Origin: Acidobacteriota bacterium
GTDB taxonomy: Bacteria > Acidobacteriota > UBA890 > WLXD01
DNA: 64,000 nt
Reading direction: 5' to 3'
Assembly (NCBI GenBank): GCA_963666215.2
Contig: CAXWPL010000004.1
Location: 608,001 to 672,000, forward strand
A program made the translations under genes and the position numbers. The first letter of the stretch is position 1; every line of letters starts with the position of its first letter. The notes under the pieces were generated by a model. It did no database searches and was not told the DNA's origin. It saw only the letters and a program-made list of their open reading frames with translations. Positions 55,343-64,000 of the stretch are shown one piece after another.

Positions 55343-58240
55343 ATGATGATGGATCAAGCTCCGGCCGTGGTCCTGGGCCAGCGTCTGGTCAGCGATTCCG
55401 AGCCAGAGCTGGGGCTCGGAACGCTGGTCTCCGCGGACGGGCGCAGCCTCATCGTGCGCTTCGACGCTGCCGACGAAATCCGTCAGTACGCAGCATCGTC
55501 GGCTCCACTGCATCGCGTGATTTTTGCGGAGGGCGACGAGATCACCGATCTCGAGGGACAGCGGCTACGGGTCGACGCCATCGAGCACCGCGGCGGGCTG
55601 GTGTTCTACCTGTGCGGCGAACGCGTGGTGCCGGAGGCCGAGCTGTCGCCGCGGATGGCGCTCAGCGGTCCGCGAGAACGGCTTCTCGACGGTCGATTCG
55701 ACACCCCGTCGCTGTTCGACCTGCGGCGCGAAGCGCTCGACCAGCTGGAGAAAACGCGACGGTCCGCGGTGCGTGGCCTCCTGGGGCCGCGCCTGGAGCT
55801 CCTGCCTCATCAGTTCTACATCGCCTCGGAAATCACCTCGCGACGCCGACCACGCGTCCTCCTCGCCGACCAGACAGGTCTCGGCAAGACCATCGAAGCT
55901 TGTCTGATCCTGCACCGGCTGCTGCTTACCGGGCGCGTTCGGCGCTCGCTGATCCTGGTACCCGACGCGCTCGTGCACCAGTGGCTGGTGGAGCTCTCGC
56001 GACGCTTCAATCTACGCGTGGCCCTGTTCGACGAGGAGCGCTGCCGCGCGATTGAGGAGAGTGAGCCGGAGTCGAATCCGTTCGAGAGCGAGCAGATCGT
56101 GCTCACTGGGTGGTCGCTTCTGGTGAGCAACAGCAAGCGAACCGAGCAGGCGTCGTCGGCCGGATGGGACGTTGTGGTGGTCGACGAGGCTCACCACCTG
56201 AGCTGCCAGGATGGCAAGGGAAGTCCCGAGTACGAGGCGGTGGAGCGAGTGTCGGCCGCGGCCGACGGACTGCTGCTCCTCACGGCGACGCCCACACAGC
56301 TCGGCGAGGAAGGACACTTCGCACGCCTGCGACTTCTGGACCCCGAGCGTCACGCCGACTTCGCCGCGTGGCAACGCGAGGACGAGGGCCACCAGGAGGC
56401 CGCGCAACTCGGAGCCGCTCTCTGCAACCTCAGCGGCAACACCAACCTACCGCCGGCGAGCTTGTCGCGATTGGCCGAGATCCTCGAGCTGACGACCGAC
56501 GACGTGGAGCAACGTGTCGCCGAGCCCGGCGCTCGCGACAGGCTCTTGGCAGAGCTCATCGACCGCCACGGGCCCGGCCGGGTGATCTTCGCCAACACTC
56601 GCTCTGTGTTGAACAAGCAACCGGAGCGCAAGGTTCTACTCACACCCCTCGAGCCTCTAGCGTCACTCAGCTCGGACTCACAGACCCGGGCGCCAAGGCG
56701 TGCCTCCGGCCGTTCCAAGCAGGTACGGCAGGTACGGCTGTCAACCCACGATCCACGAATCGAGCACCTGGTGTCGCTGCTGCGATCCTCGGGCGACGAG
56801 AAGCTCCTGGTGACCTGCCGCACGGCAGCGACGGCTCGCGCCATCAAGGAAGCCCTCGACCAACGCGTTCGCGCGGACATCGCGCTGTTCCACGAGGACA
56901 TCGAGCTCGTGCAGCGCGATCGGAACGCGGCATGGTTCGTGGAGCCCACCGGCGCGCGCATGCTCGTTTGCTCTGAGATCGGCAGCGAAGGACGGAACTT
57001 CCAGCACGCACGCCACCTGGTGATGTTCGACCTGCCGGTCGACCCCGACCTCGTCGAGCAGCGCATCGGACGCATCGATCGCATCGGCCAACGCGGCGAT
57101 GTGTTGATTGACGTTCCCTATGTGGCGGGAACCGGGCACGAGGTTCTAGCCCGCTGGCATCACGAGGGTGTGGACACTTTCGGTCAACCCATCGCCACCG
57201 CCCGACCGCTGCTGGAACGATTCGGCAACCGCGTTCGCGCCCTAGCCGATCGCTGGACCGAACGGGGCACAGGCGGAACCGCAAATCCGCCGGACGAGCA
57301 ACTGGAGCTCGAGCTGAACAGCCTCATCGCAGAAACCGCGCAAGCAACCCGCGAGCTCAAGCATCGCGTGGAAAGCGGTCGCGACCGGCTGCTCGAGATG
57401 TCGTCGCTTCGTCACGACGTTGCCGACGAGCTGCTGGCGGAGATCCGCGAGCACGACAACGACGTCGACAGCGACGACCTCTACCTCCGCGTTCTCGAGC
57501 ACTTCCAGGTCATCGCCGACGAGCTCGGTCCGCGGACCTACCGCTTCGATCAAGACGGTCTTGCCCGCGTAAGCTTCGCGGCCCTCACACGCGGCGACGT
57601 GACCTTTACGTTCGATCGGCGAGCTGCCGTGCTGCGTGAGGACTTCGAGTTCGCGAGCATGGACCATCCCTTGATGCTGGATGCCTTGGGAATGCTCCTC
57701 GACACCGAGGCGGGCAAGGCGAGCTTCGCCATCCAGCAAACCTCCGGCGCGCCGACTCTGCTGCTCGAAGCGAGCTTCGTGCTCGAAGTCGTCGCGCCGC
57801 CACGCCTTCACGCCGACCGCTTTCTGCCGCCCACCTGCTTGCGCGTCGTCGTCGACCAGACGGGGGCGGACCGCTCGGACGAAAGCGACAGCCTGACAAC
57901 GCTAGAGGCCGGCGACAACGGCTGGTTCCGTGAGCAGGCTCCTCAGCTCCGCGGTGCCCTGCAGCAGATGCTGCGGCAGGCGGAAGGCGTGGCCGAGACC
58001 CGTGCCGACAAGGAGCGCGCCGACGCATCGGGCCACCTCATTGCGAGCTTGTCGGCGGAGATCGAACGTCTTCGTGCCCTGGCGCGATCGAACGCCCTTG
58101 TGCGACCCGAGGAAATCACTCTCGTCGAAGACGAGCTTGAGGAGCTCGGCAGGCATGTCGCCGCCGCTCGCCTGCGTCTCGATGCGGTGCGACTTGTTTG
58201 GCGCGGTCCAGCGGCCGGCGGTGTTCCCCAATTGCGATAA
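55343..58240 (+). CDS. rapA: RNA polymerase-associated protein RapA (SWI2/SNF2)
   Basis: GQRLVSDSEPELGLG, LLPHQFYIA, LADQTGLGKT, DEAHH, TATP, SEIGSEGRNFQ, EQRIGRIDRIGQ, GRDRLLE, LRLDAVRL. Confidence 0.93.
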   Translation: MMMDQAPAVVLGQRLVSDSEPELGLGTLVSADGRSLIVRFDAADEIRQYAASSAPLHRVIFAEGDEITDLEGQRLRVDAIEHRGGLVFYLCGERVVPEAELSPRMALSGPRERLLDGRFDTPSLFDLRREALDQLEKTRRSAVRGLLGPRLELLPHQFYIASEITSRRRPRVLLADQTGLGKTIEACLILHRLLLTGRVRRSLILVPDALVHQWLVELSRRFNLRVALFDEERCRAIEESEPESNPFESEQIVLTGWSLLVSNSKRTEQASSAGWDVVVVDEAHHLSCQDGKGSPEYEAVERVSAAADGLLLLTATPTQLGEEGHFARLRLLDPERHADFAAWQREDEGHQEAAQLGAALCNLSGNTNLPPASLSRLAEILELTTDDVEQRVAEPGARDRLLAELIDRHGPGRVIFANTRSVLNKQPERKVLLTPLEPLASLSSDSQTRAPRRASGRSKQVRQVRLSTHDPRIEHLVSLLRSSGDEKLLVTCRTAATARAIKEALDQRVRADIALFHEDIELVQRDRNAAWFVEPTGARMLVCSEIGSEGRNFQHARHLVMFDLPVDPDLVEQRIGRIDRIGQRGDVLIDVPYVAGTGHEVLARWHHEGVDTFGQPIATARPLLERFGNRVRALADRWTERGTGGTANPPDEQLELELNSLIAETAQATRELKHRVESGRDRLLEMSSLRHDVADELLAEIREHDNDVDSDDLYLRVLEHFQVIADELGPRTYRFDQDGLARVSFAALTRGDVTFTFDRRAAVLREDFEFASMDHPLMLDALGMLLDTEAGKASFAIQQTSGAPTLLLEASFVLEVVAPPRLHADRFLPPTCLRVVVDQTGADRSDESDSLTTLEAGDNGWFREQAPQLRGALQQMLRQAEGVAETRADKERADASGHLIASLSAEIERLRALARSNALVRPEEITLVEDELEELGRHVAAARLRLDAVRLVWRGPAAGGVPQLR

Positions 58241-58383
58241 CACGCTGACGGTGCCGCACGCACGTGGCCGATCCTCCGCCGCACCTCTGGTGAGGCCCGA
58301 TCTCGCCGAGAGAAAGCTCGAGGCGTGGCGTGGTCGACGCCGGCTGGCCTAGCGTCGTCACTCGTCGCCCGCCTTCCCCTGGC

Positions 58384-59004
58384 CTATCGAACGGACAACT
58401 CGGCAACGGGTGCGACGATGACCTCACGCCGTTCGGCGGTCAGTCCATCGACCGCAGCGTGATCGGCCTGCGCTCGGAGCCGCGACCAGTAGTCGTGGTA
58501 GGCGCGCAGCGAGTCGAAGGCCAGGAATCTCATGTAGTCCCATCCATCCGATACGAGAAAGCGGCCGGTAGCGGAGGGGATTCCGTTCGCCTGCTCCCAG
58601 GGCACGATCGCCTTCTCCAGCAATGCCTCGAAAGCAGCCGACTCACCGGCAAGGATCCTGTACCAAACAAAGGCCGTCAGGCCGCGGGCGGGTTGGCGGA
58701 ATGGGTCTGCCGCGCCCATCGGCGGGAGCATCTCAACGAACTGGTCGGTATGCCCCGAGGCCAACGCGCCGATGCTGCTGCCAGCCTGCCGCGCCAAGGT
58801 ACGCAGGGCGGCGTTGGAGGCATCCATCCCGGCCATTCCACGGAAGGCGCTGACGACGATCAGGTCGAGTGGGATCGGGCTTTTGACCTCACGAAACCCC
58901 CGGAACGAGAGCATGGCCTCGTCCTGCTCGTAGAGCGGGATCGCCTGCTCGCGAAATGCGGCGATCGCTTCGGCGGACTTCCCGGGCAAGAACGAGAACG
59001 TCAC
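58384..59004 (-). CDS. Hypothetical protein with two ferredoxin-like repeats, probably N-terminally truncated
   Basis: FSFLPGKSAEA... and YRILAGESAAFE... repeated units. Confidence 0.55.
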   Translation of the reverse strand: MTFSFLPGKSAEAIAAFREQAIPLYEQDEAMLSFRGFREVKSPIPLDLIVVSAFRGMAGMDASNAALRTLARQAGSSIGALASGHTDQFVEMLPPMGAADPFRQPARGLTAFVWYRILAGESAAFEALLEKAIVPWEQANGIPSATGRFLVSDGWDYMRFLAFDSLRAYHDYWSRLRAQADHAAVDGLTAERREVIVAPVAELSVR

Positions 59005-59158
59005 GGAAGCGGGTTCCCGGCCCCGAGGTCGGCTCGCCGATGAACTCCACCGAGACAATGTCGGGGTTGCTGTCGGGGAGCTTTGCGATATCGGTGATGA
59101 CGCCGAACACCGTCGAGACCGGGGCCCCGATGTCGAGGGTAACCGCGACGTGGCTCAT
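59005..59158 (-). pseudogene. Truncated SRPBCC-family gene
   Basis: MSHVAVTLDIGAPVSTVF..ITD...VEFIGEPTSGPGTRFR, then runs out of frame into the next gene. Confidence 0.7.
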
Positions 59159-59628
59159 GGGGAGGCCTCGGAAGGAACCGTGAGATTCGCAAGCACGGAT
59201 TCGAGCTGAGAGAGACTCGACGTCCAGCCGCCGTCGATCATGCCGCAGAAATGGGACGGGATTCCGGTGTGGGTGAGGGTCAACGCGGTGCCTCCGTCAC
59301 GCTCCTGCAGCTCCACGCGCACCGTCATTTCGGGCACGCCCAATTTCGGATCCGCGTATTGCACGTACTCGAGCAGATGCGGCGGCTCCACTGCGGTGAA
59401 GCGCCCTTTCCCTCGGGCCTCGAACACGCCCGGCTGCACCATGTACGTCTCGAACTCGACGCCCACCTCCGGGACCCAGTTCTCCACCTCCAGAGTGGCG
59501 TCGGCGTCGCACTTCATCCACTTCACGACGTGCTCTGCCTCGGTCCAGGCGCGGTATACGAGCTCAACCGGCGCGTCGAACACACGGGTCAGCCTGACGG
59601 CCTGTGGCATCGGGAACTCAGGACACAT
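59155..59628 (-). CDS. SRPBCC/AHSA1 domain protein
   Basis: LTRVFDAPVELVYRAWT...GTALTLTH...GWTSSLSQL. Confidence 0.9.
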   Translation of the reverse strand: MCPEFPMPQAVRLTRVFDAPVELVYRAWTEAEHVVKWMKCDADATLEVENWVPEVGVEFETYMVQPGVFEARGKGRFTAVEPPHLLEYVQYADPKLGVPEMTVRVELQERDGGTALTLTHTGIPSHFCGMIDGGWTSSLSQLESVLANLTVPSEASP

Positions 59629-59631
59629 CCT

Positions 59632-60018
59632 CTACCCTCCCTCCTTGAGCTCATCGAGATAGTCAGCCAGGTCGTCGAAGCGATCGTGCCAATACGCCCG
59701 CACCATCCCGACCCATTGCTCGGCCATGTCGAGGGGCTCGGGATCGATGTCACATCGATGAATGCGCCCCTGCACGTCTCTCTTCAGCAATCCAGACCGC
59801 TCGAGCACCTTCACGTGCTTGGTGACGGCCCCCTTGGTGATCCCGAGGGGTCGTCCCAGCTCTCCGACCGTGGTCGACCCGCGGGCCAGGCGCGACAGCA
59901 TCCGGCGACGTCGGGGATCGGCGAGGGCGCCGAAAACCCTGTCGAGGGCAGCTTCCGTAGAAGGCGGTCGTCGTCCGCCGGCCGGCTGCTCATCGAGACG
60001 TTTTTGATTGTTTACCAT
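59632..60018 (-). CDS. ArsR/SmtB-family regulator
   Basis: LDRVFGALADPRRRRML...KHVKVLERSGL...GR. Confidence 0.9.
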   Translation of the reverse strand: MVNNQKRLDEQPAGGRRPPSTEAALDRVFGALADPRRRRMLSRLARGSTTVGELGRPLGITKGAVTKHVKVLERSGLLKRDVQGRIHRCDIDPEPLDMAEQWVGMVRAYWHDRFDDLADYLDELKEGG

Positions 60019-60097
60019 ACGGTGTACTATTGACACCGGTCGAACTCATGTCAAGCCCGAGCCTCTGGAGACTCTACGGAGGCGGGAGAGGAGCACG

Positions 60098-60439
60098 ATG
60101 ACGGACACAACCGCCGCGACGGATCCGATTCGGCAGGCGGCCGCCGCCTTCCCCGCGGTGGCTCGAGGAACATCCTGCACCCAGAGCTCGTTCAAGGCGG
60201 GCAATGGCACCTTCCTGTTCATCGGCCCAGGAGCGAAGGGTGTCGGTCACAAGGCGATGTTCAAGCTCGACGGGAGTATGGAGCAGGCTCGCGCTCTCGC
60301 GGCGGAGCAACCGAAGCGGTTCGAAGTCGGAAACACGGGCTGGGTAACGACCCGCTTCAGCGACGAGGAGCCCCTGCCGAAGACGATCTGGCGGCCGTGG
60401 CTCGACGAGTCCTACGCCATCACGACCAAGTCGAAGTAG
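60098..60439 (+). CDS. MmcQ/YjbR-like protein
   Basis: RBS GAGGAG; SFK...FLF...MFKL...GWVT...WLDESY. Confidence 0.7.
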   Translation: MTDTTAATDPIRQAAAAFPAVARGTSCTQSSFKAGNGTFLFIGPGAKGVGHKAMFKLDGSMEQARALAAEQPKRFEVGNTGWVTTRFSDEEPLPKTIWRPWLDESYAITTKSK

Positions 60440-60508
60440 GCGGCTCGACGCGGAGTCGAACAGAGCCGCTTGCCAGACGGCGTCCCGCCATGAACGTCCG
60501 GCTCATGC

Positions 60509-61021
60509 TCATGCCGTGTCCGCACTGATGCGGTAGACGTGGCTCTGCCTGCCGCTGGCGTCTGGTTTCATCCCAACCCGTACGCCGCCGATCTTCTCGA
60601 CCGCGCGACATGAGCGCAGGTTCTCGGACACGACGAGGAAGACGACGTGTTTCACGAACCGGAACGCGTGGTCCAGCATCAGCCGCTTCATCTCGCCGTT
60701 GAAAGCGCCGCCCCAATGTGACCGTGCCAAGAAGGTCCAACCAATCTCGACCTCACTGCGCGTCTTGTCGTATCCGTGGAACCGCGAAGCGCCGACGACT
60801 CGCTCTGTCTCGACGTCGACCGCAACGAGGGCACCACCCGACGCCAGGGACTCGCGGAAGAAGGCCCTGAACCCCTTCTTCTCGCTCCGATCCTTGGCCG
60901 CGTGTTGTTCCCAGATCATCGGATCTGAGGCAACGGCGAAGAGGTCGTCGAAATCCTCAGCTCGCAGTGGCCTGAGCTCAACGAGATTGCCCTTCAGAAC
61001 AGGCTGCGCGTCGAAGGACAT
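60509..61021 (-). CDS. GNAT N-acetyltransferase (RimJ/RimL-like)
   Basis: VELRPL, VEIGWTFLARSHWG, NLRSCRAVEKIG. Confidence 0.9.
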   Translation of the reverse strand: MSFDAQPVLKGNLVELRPLRAEDFDDLFAVASDPMIWEQHAAKDRSEKKGFRAFFRESLASGGALVAVDVETERVVGASRFHGYDKTRSEVEIGWTFLARSHWGGAFNGEMKRLMLDHAFRFVKHVVFLVVSENLRSCRAVEKIGGVRVGMKPDASGRQSHVYRISADTA

Positions 61022-61046
61022 ACCGTTCCTCGCGGGTGGTGGTCCA

Positions 61047-61139
61047 CGGCGCCGCCGGGCGATTCTCCCTCCACCAATCCGCAGCAGCTCGAATCTGGTG
61101 TTCCGCGTCCGCGACTACGCTGAGCCGACGACGGATCGC
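61047..61139 (-). pseudogene. N-terminal remnant of a RelE/ParE-type toxin
   Basis: RRRLSVVADAEHQIRAAADWWRENRPAAP directly after the antitoxin-like stop; no start codon; truncated. Confidence 0.65.
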
Positions 61140-61355
61140 CTAGCTCCGAATCTCGTCAAGGAGCTTCCAGCCGTCCATCGTTTCGCCGCGATCTGCTTGC
61201 TCGATAGCTGCCAAGAGTTGCTTCTCTTGCTCCTCCGACAGCTCGAAAGGCTCATCGCCATCGTGGACCAGCAGCTTAACCACCTCGCCGTCTCGGACGC
61301 TGTTGGCCGGCACCGCGATTCGCCCGTTCACCACTTCCGCCGTCATCATCTTCAT
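61140..61355 (-). CDS. Small acidic antitoxin-like protein
   Basis: MKMMTAEVVNGRIAV...FELSEEQEKQLLAAIEQADRGE...LLDEIRS. Confidence 0.7.
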   Translation of the reverse strand: MKMMTAEVVNGRIAVPANSVRDGEVVKLLVHDGDEPFELSEEQEKQLLAAIEQADRGETMDGWKLLDEIRS

Positions 61356-61470
61356 GCGCCTGATGATACTCCACGCCGGTTCGTGTCCTCCCACTACTGT
61401 TCGGCTGCCCGGCCGCAATCGACACCGCTGTGTGGCTCGCAGCAGAACCGCGCCGGAGAACGGACACCAC

Positions 61471-63234
61471 TTACTCGGCGCGGCGGTATTCGATGACTCC
61501 ACCGACCACGGTCATTTCCACGCGGCCGTCGAGGACCTCGGCGTAGCGAGTTACGGGGAGCGCTAGCGGGTCGACGCTCAAGACGGTGATATCGGCGCGC
61601 AGGCCCGGGGCGAGAACACCCGAGCGGCTCTCGTCGAAGCCCGCCCAGGCAGCCCAGACGGTATAGGCGCGCACCGCTTCCTCAGGGCTCAGAGCCTCTT
61701 CGTGGTACCAGCCGCCGGCAGGCTCGGCGCTCTTGTCGCGGCGCGTTACCGCGGCGTGCAGACCGTAGAAGATGTCGTGATCCGAACCGGCCAGGTCGGA
61801 GTTGAAAATCAGGCGAGTGCCGGCGCGCCGCAAGCTTCGCCACGCGTAGGCGCCCCGTATGCGTTCGGGCCCGACACGCTCCTCCCCCCACGACATGTCC
61901 TCGACCGCGTGCGGCGGCTGCATGGAAGCGATGATGTCGAGCGCTGCCAGCCGAGGGAGGTCGTCGGGGTGGATGACCTGCGCGTGCTCAATTCGATGAC
62001 GCCCCTGGCGAGACTCGGGCGTGGAGGCATAGACGCGCTCGAAGAAGTCGAGCGTCTCGCGATTCCCAGCGTCGCCGAGCGCGTGGACGCCAACCTGGGA
62101 GCCCTTGGCCATCAGGGCGGCGACCAGCTCCTGATCGAACCCGTACTCGCTTCCGCTCGTGCCCCGATGGCCGGGCATGTCGCTGTAGTCTTCGAGCATC
62201 CGGGCACCACGCGAGCCCAATGCGGCGTCGTAGTAGGCCTTGACCGATTGAATGGCCAGCCGCGACCCGGTGCTCTCGGATTCGGAGAGGGGGCCCGTCT
62301 CGAGGAAGGGCTCGACCAGGTCAACGTCGCGAGCCGAAAGCATCGCGAAAAGGCGAACGGGAAGCTCGCCTCGTGCGTCGAGCGCGCGCATGGCGTCGAG
62401 CAAAGCCTGTCCGACGCCGGCCTCGTGCACCCGAACGTAGCCGTCGCTCGCGAGCTCCTGCAGGCCGAGGCGCAAGGCCTCCTGGAGCTGCTCGGGTGTT
62501 TCGGGCGGAGTCGCCGCGTCGAGGATTCCGGACGCCCGATTCAGGAAGATGCCCGTGGGCTCGCCGTCCGGACCCCGTTGGATCTCACCGCCCGCGATGT
62601 CGGGTGTGGATTGGTCGATGCCGGCCTCGCTCAGAGCACGGTCGTTCGCCCAGGTGGCAAAGCTGTGCAGCCCTCGTAAGACGACGGGATGGTCAGGAAC
62701 CTGCTGGGAGAGCAGGTCGTTGTCGGGATATCCGTGCGTGGCCCATTCGCCTTCGTTGAATCCCCAGCCCAGGATCCATTCGCCCTCCGGACGATTCGCC
62801 GCCGCCGCCACAACGAGCTCCACGGCGTCCTCTTCGCCGACGACCCCCCGCAGATCGAGGCGACGCAGACTGCGGCCGAGCCCTGCGGCGTGTGCATGCG
62901 ACTCCACCAGTCCGGGCAGCACCGTCGCGCCGCCGAGATCGATCACTTCGGTATCGGGCCCGACGTAGCCCGAAATGATCTCGTCGTCGTCCCCCACGGC
63001 CACGATGCGATCGCCGCGGATGGCCAAGGCCTGCGCATCCGGGCGCCAGCCGGCGGCATCGTAGGGCGCGTCGGGGGCAGGCTCGCCCTCGGGCCCCGGG
63101 TCGCCCCAATCGAGCGTGTAGATCCGGCCGCGCTCGAGGACGAGGTCCGCGGGGTCGTCCGGCGTGATCATACATGCATGGCTCAGGGCCGCCCCGGCCA
63201 GCAGAAGGCAGCACGCGGCTGTGGTCAGTTTCAC
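61471..63234 (-). CDS. Amidohydrolase (YtcJ-like, Amidohydro_3)
   Basis: PGLVESHAH, ALGSRGA, HALGD, HRIEHAQ, SMQP, ADITVL. Confidence 0.92.
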   Translation of the reverse strand: MKLTTAACCLLLAGAALSHACMITPDDPADLVLERGRIYTLDWGDPGPEGEPAPDAPYDAAGWRPDAQALAIRGDRIVAVGDDDEIISGYVGPDTEVIDLGGATVLPGLVESHAHAAGLGRSLRRLDLRGVVGEEDAVELVVAAAANRPEGEWILGWGFNEGEWATHGYPDNDLLSQQVPDHPVVLRGLHSFATWANDRALSEAGIDQSTPDIAGGEIQRGPDGEPTGIFLNRASGILDAATPPETPEQLQEALRLGLQELASDGYVRVHEAGVGQALLDAMRALDARGELPVRLFAMLSARDVDLVEPFLETGPLSESESTGSRLAIQSVKAYYDAALGSRGARMLEDYSDMPGHRGTSGSEYGFDQELVAALMAKGSQVGVHALGDAGNRETLDFFERVYASTPESRQGRHRIEHAQVIHPDDLPRLAALDIIASMQPPHAVEDMSWGEERVGPERIRGAYAWRSLRRAGTRLIFNSDLAGSDHDIFYGLHAAVTRRDKSAEPAGGWYHEEALSPEEAVRAYTVWAAWAGFDESRSGVLAPGLRADITVLSVDPLALPVTRYAEVLDGRVEMTVVGGVIEYRRAE

Positions 63235-63277
63235 TTCGCCTCCAGCGTCATCGGGGCTCGGGTACCGCGGAATCTAG

Positions 63278-64000
63278 CAGGCTGCTGAAAAACGGCTCAC
63301 GAGTGTCGATCCGGTCCCCGAGCGGCAGCGTGGAGTAGGCATGGCGCGCACCGTTGAAGGGGGGCGATCGCAAACGACCCTTCGCTCGTCACCTCGAGAG
63401 GCGGTTTGGCGCTCCCGGGTCCCACTACCTTCACGTCAGCGCCTCGAGATTGCGCATTCTCACCAAGGTGAACGCTGCCGCGGTGAAGACGAACATCCAG
63501 CCGACGCGGTCGACCCCTCGGTGCTTCGTCTGGCGGATCAGTCCTACTGTCTTGCCCCAGCCAAAGACCTGCTCGACGAGCTTGCGTTTGACCTGGCTTT
63601 GCTTGTACCCGGCGTGCCTCGTGGTGCGGCCATCGATCGCGCTGCGTCTGTTGGTGTCGTTCTGCGCCACATACGGCGTTACGTTCCGATCTCTCAGCTT
63701 GCCGACGCACTCCTTGGTGTCGTAGTTCTTGTCGCCACCCATAGTCACGCGATCTGTCCCGGGGATCTCGCCGGCCATCGCCACTGCCGCATCTCGTTCC
63801 GCTGTGCCTGAAGCCTTCGTTACCATCGCGTTGGTCGGCAGCCCGTGGCGGTTGTCGACTACCAGGTGGCCCATGTAGCAGAGCTTCGCCTCGGATCCCT
63901 TGCTCTTCCTATACAGGCGGGCGTCAGGATCGGTTCTCGAGGCGTGTGTATCGCTCTTGCGCCGCTGTTTGCGGAAATCGACGTCCGGGTTCCGGCCGCC
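63278..64000 (-). mobile_element. IS5-family element, one end only (partial)
   Basis: End reads TTTTTCAGCAGCCTG|CTAG on the minus strand; CTAG candidate target at 63274-63277. Confidence 0.75.
63431..64000 (-). CDS. IS5-family transposase, C-terminal part
   Basis: THASRTDPDARLYRK, YMGH..DNRHGL, GGDKNYD, SAIDGRTTRH.GY..SQ..RK.VEQ.FGW.K. Confidence 0.92.
   Translation of the reverse strand, partial: GGRNPDVDFRKQRRKSDTHASRTDPDARLYRKSKGSEAKLCYMGHLVVDNRHGLPTNAMVTKASGTAERDAAVAMAGEIPGTDRVTMGGDKNYDTKECVGKLRDRNVTPYVAQNDTNRRSAIDGRTTRHAGYKQSQVKRKLVEQVFGWGKTVGLIRQTKHRGVDRVGWMFVFTAAAFTLVRMRNLEALT

Noticed and set aside
55343-58240. SNF2 helicase as part of a defence system (DISARM/Zorya-like)
   Set aside because: N- and C-terminal motifs are RapA-specific and no methylase, nuclease or partner genes are adjacent.

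Overview
GC-rich bacterial chromosomal window. The padR + ADOP-type permease pair and the PEGA/kinase genes suggest Acidobacteriota (inference). It holds a core block (three tRNAs, tig-clpP-clpX-lon-engB-rho-rpmE2-prfA-prmC), a type-2 ileS, a six-gene cytochrome c oxidase operon, an FHA / Ser-Thr kinase / TPR-NHL / PEGA signalling cluster, a DUF3524 (GTDC1/QTMAN-like) glycosyltransferase, rhlE, an ActP-like symporter, rapA, a complete IS256 that splits a VOC gene and a partial IS5. Main observations: (1) an unannotated SelW/Rdx selenoprotein (CxxU plus SECIS hairpin) at 50381-50638; (2) an A-family oxidase with an intact D-channel but no K-channel residues, plus two extra small membrane genes; (3) a 7-bp tandem repeat that puts a signal peptide out of frame with its PEGA protein, a phase-variation candidate; (4) a NagB with a remodelled active site; (5) many internally deleted or fused gene remnants among intact core genes. 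All family calls come from motif recognition by eye, not from database searches.
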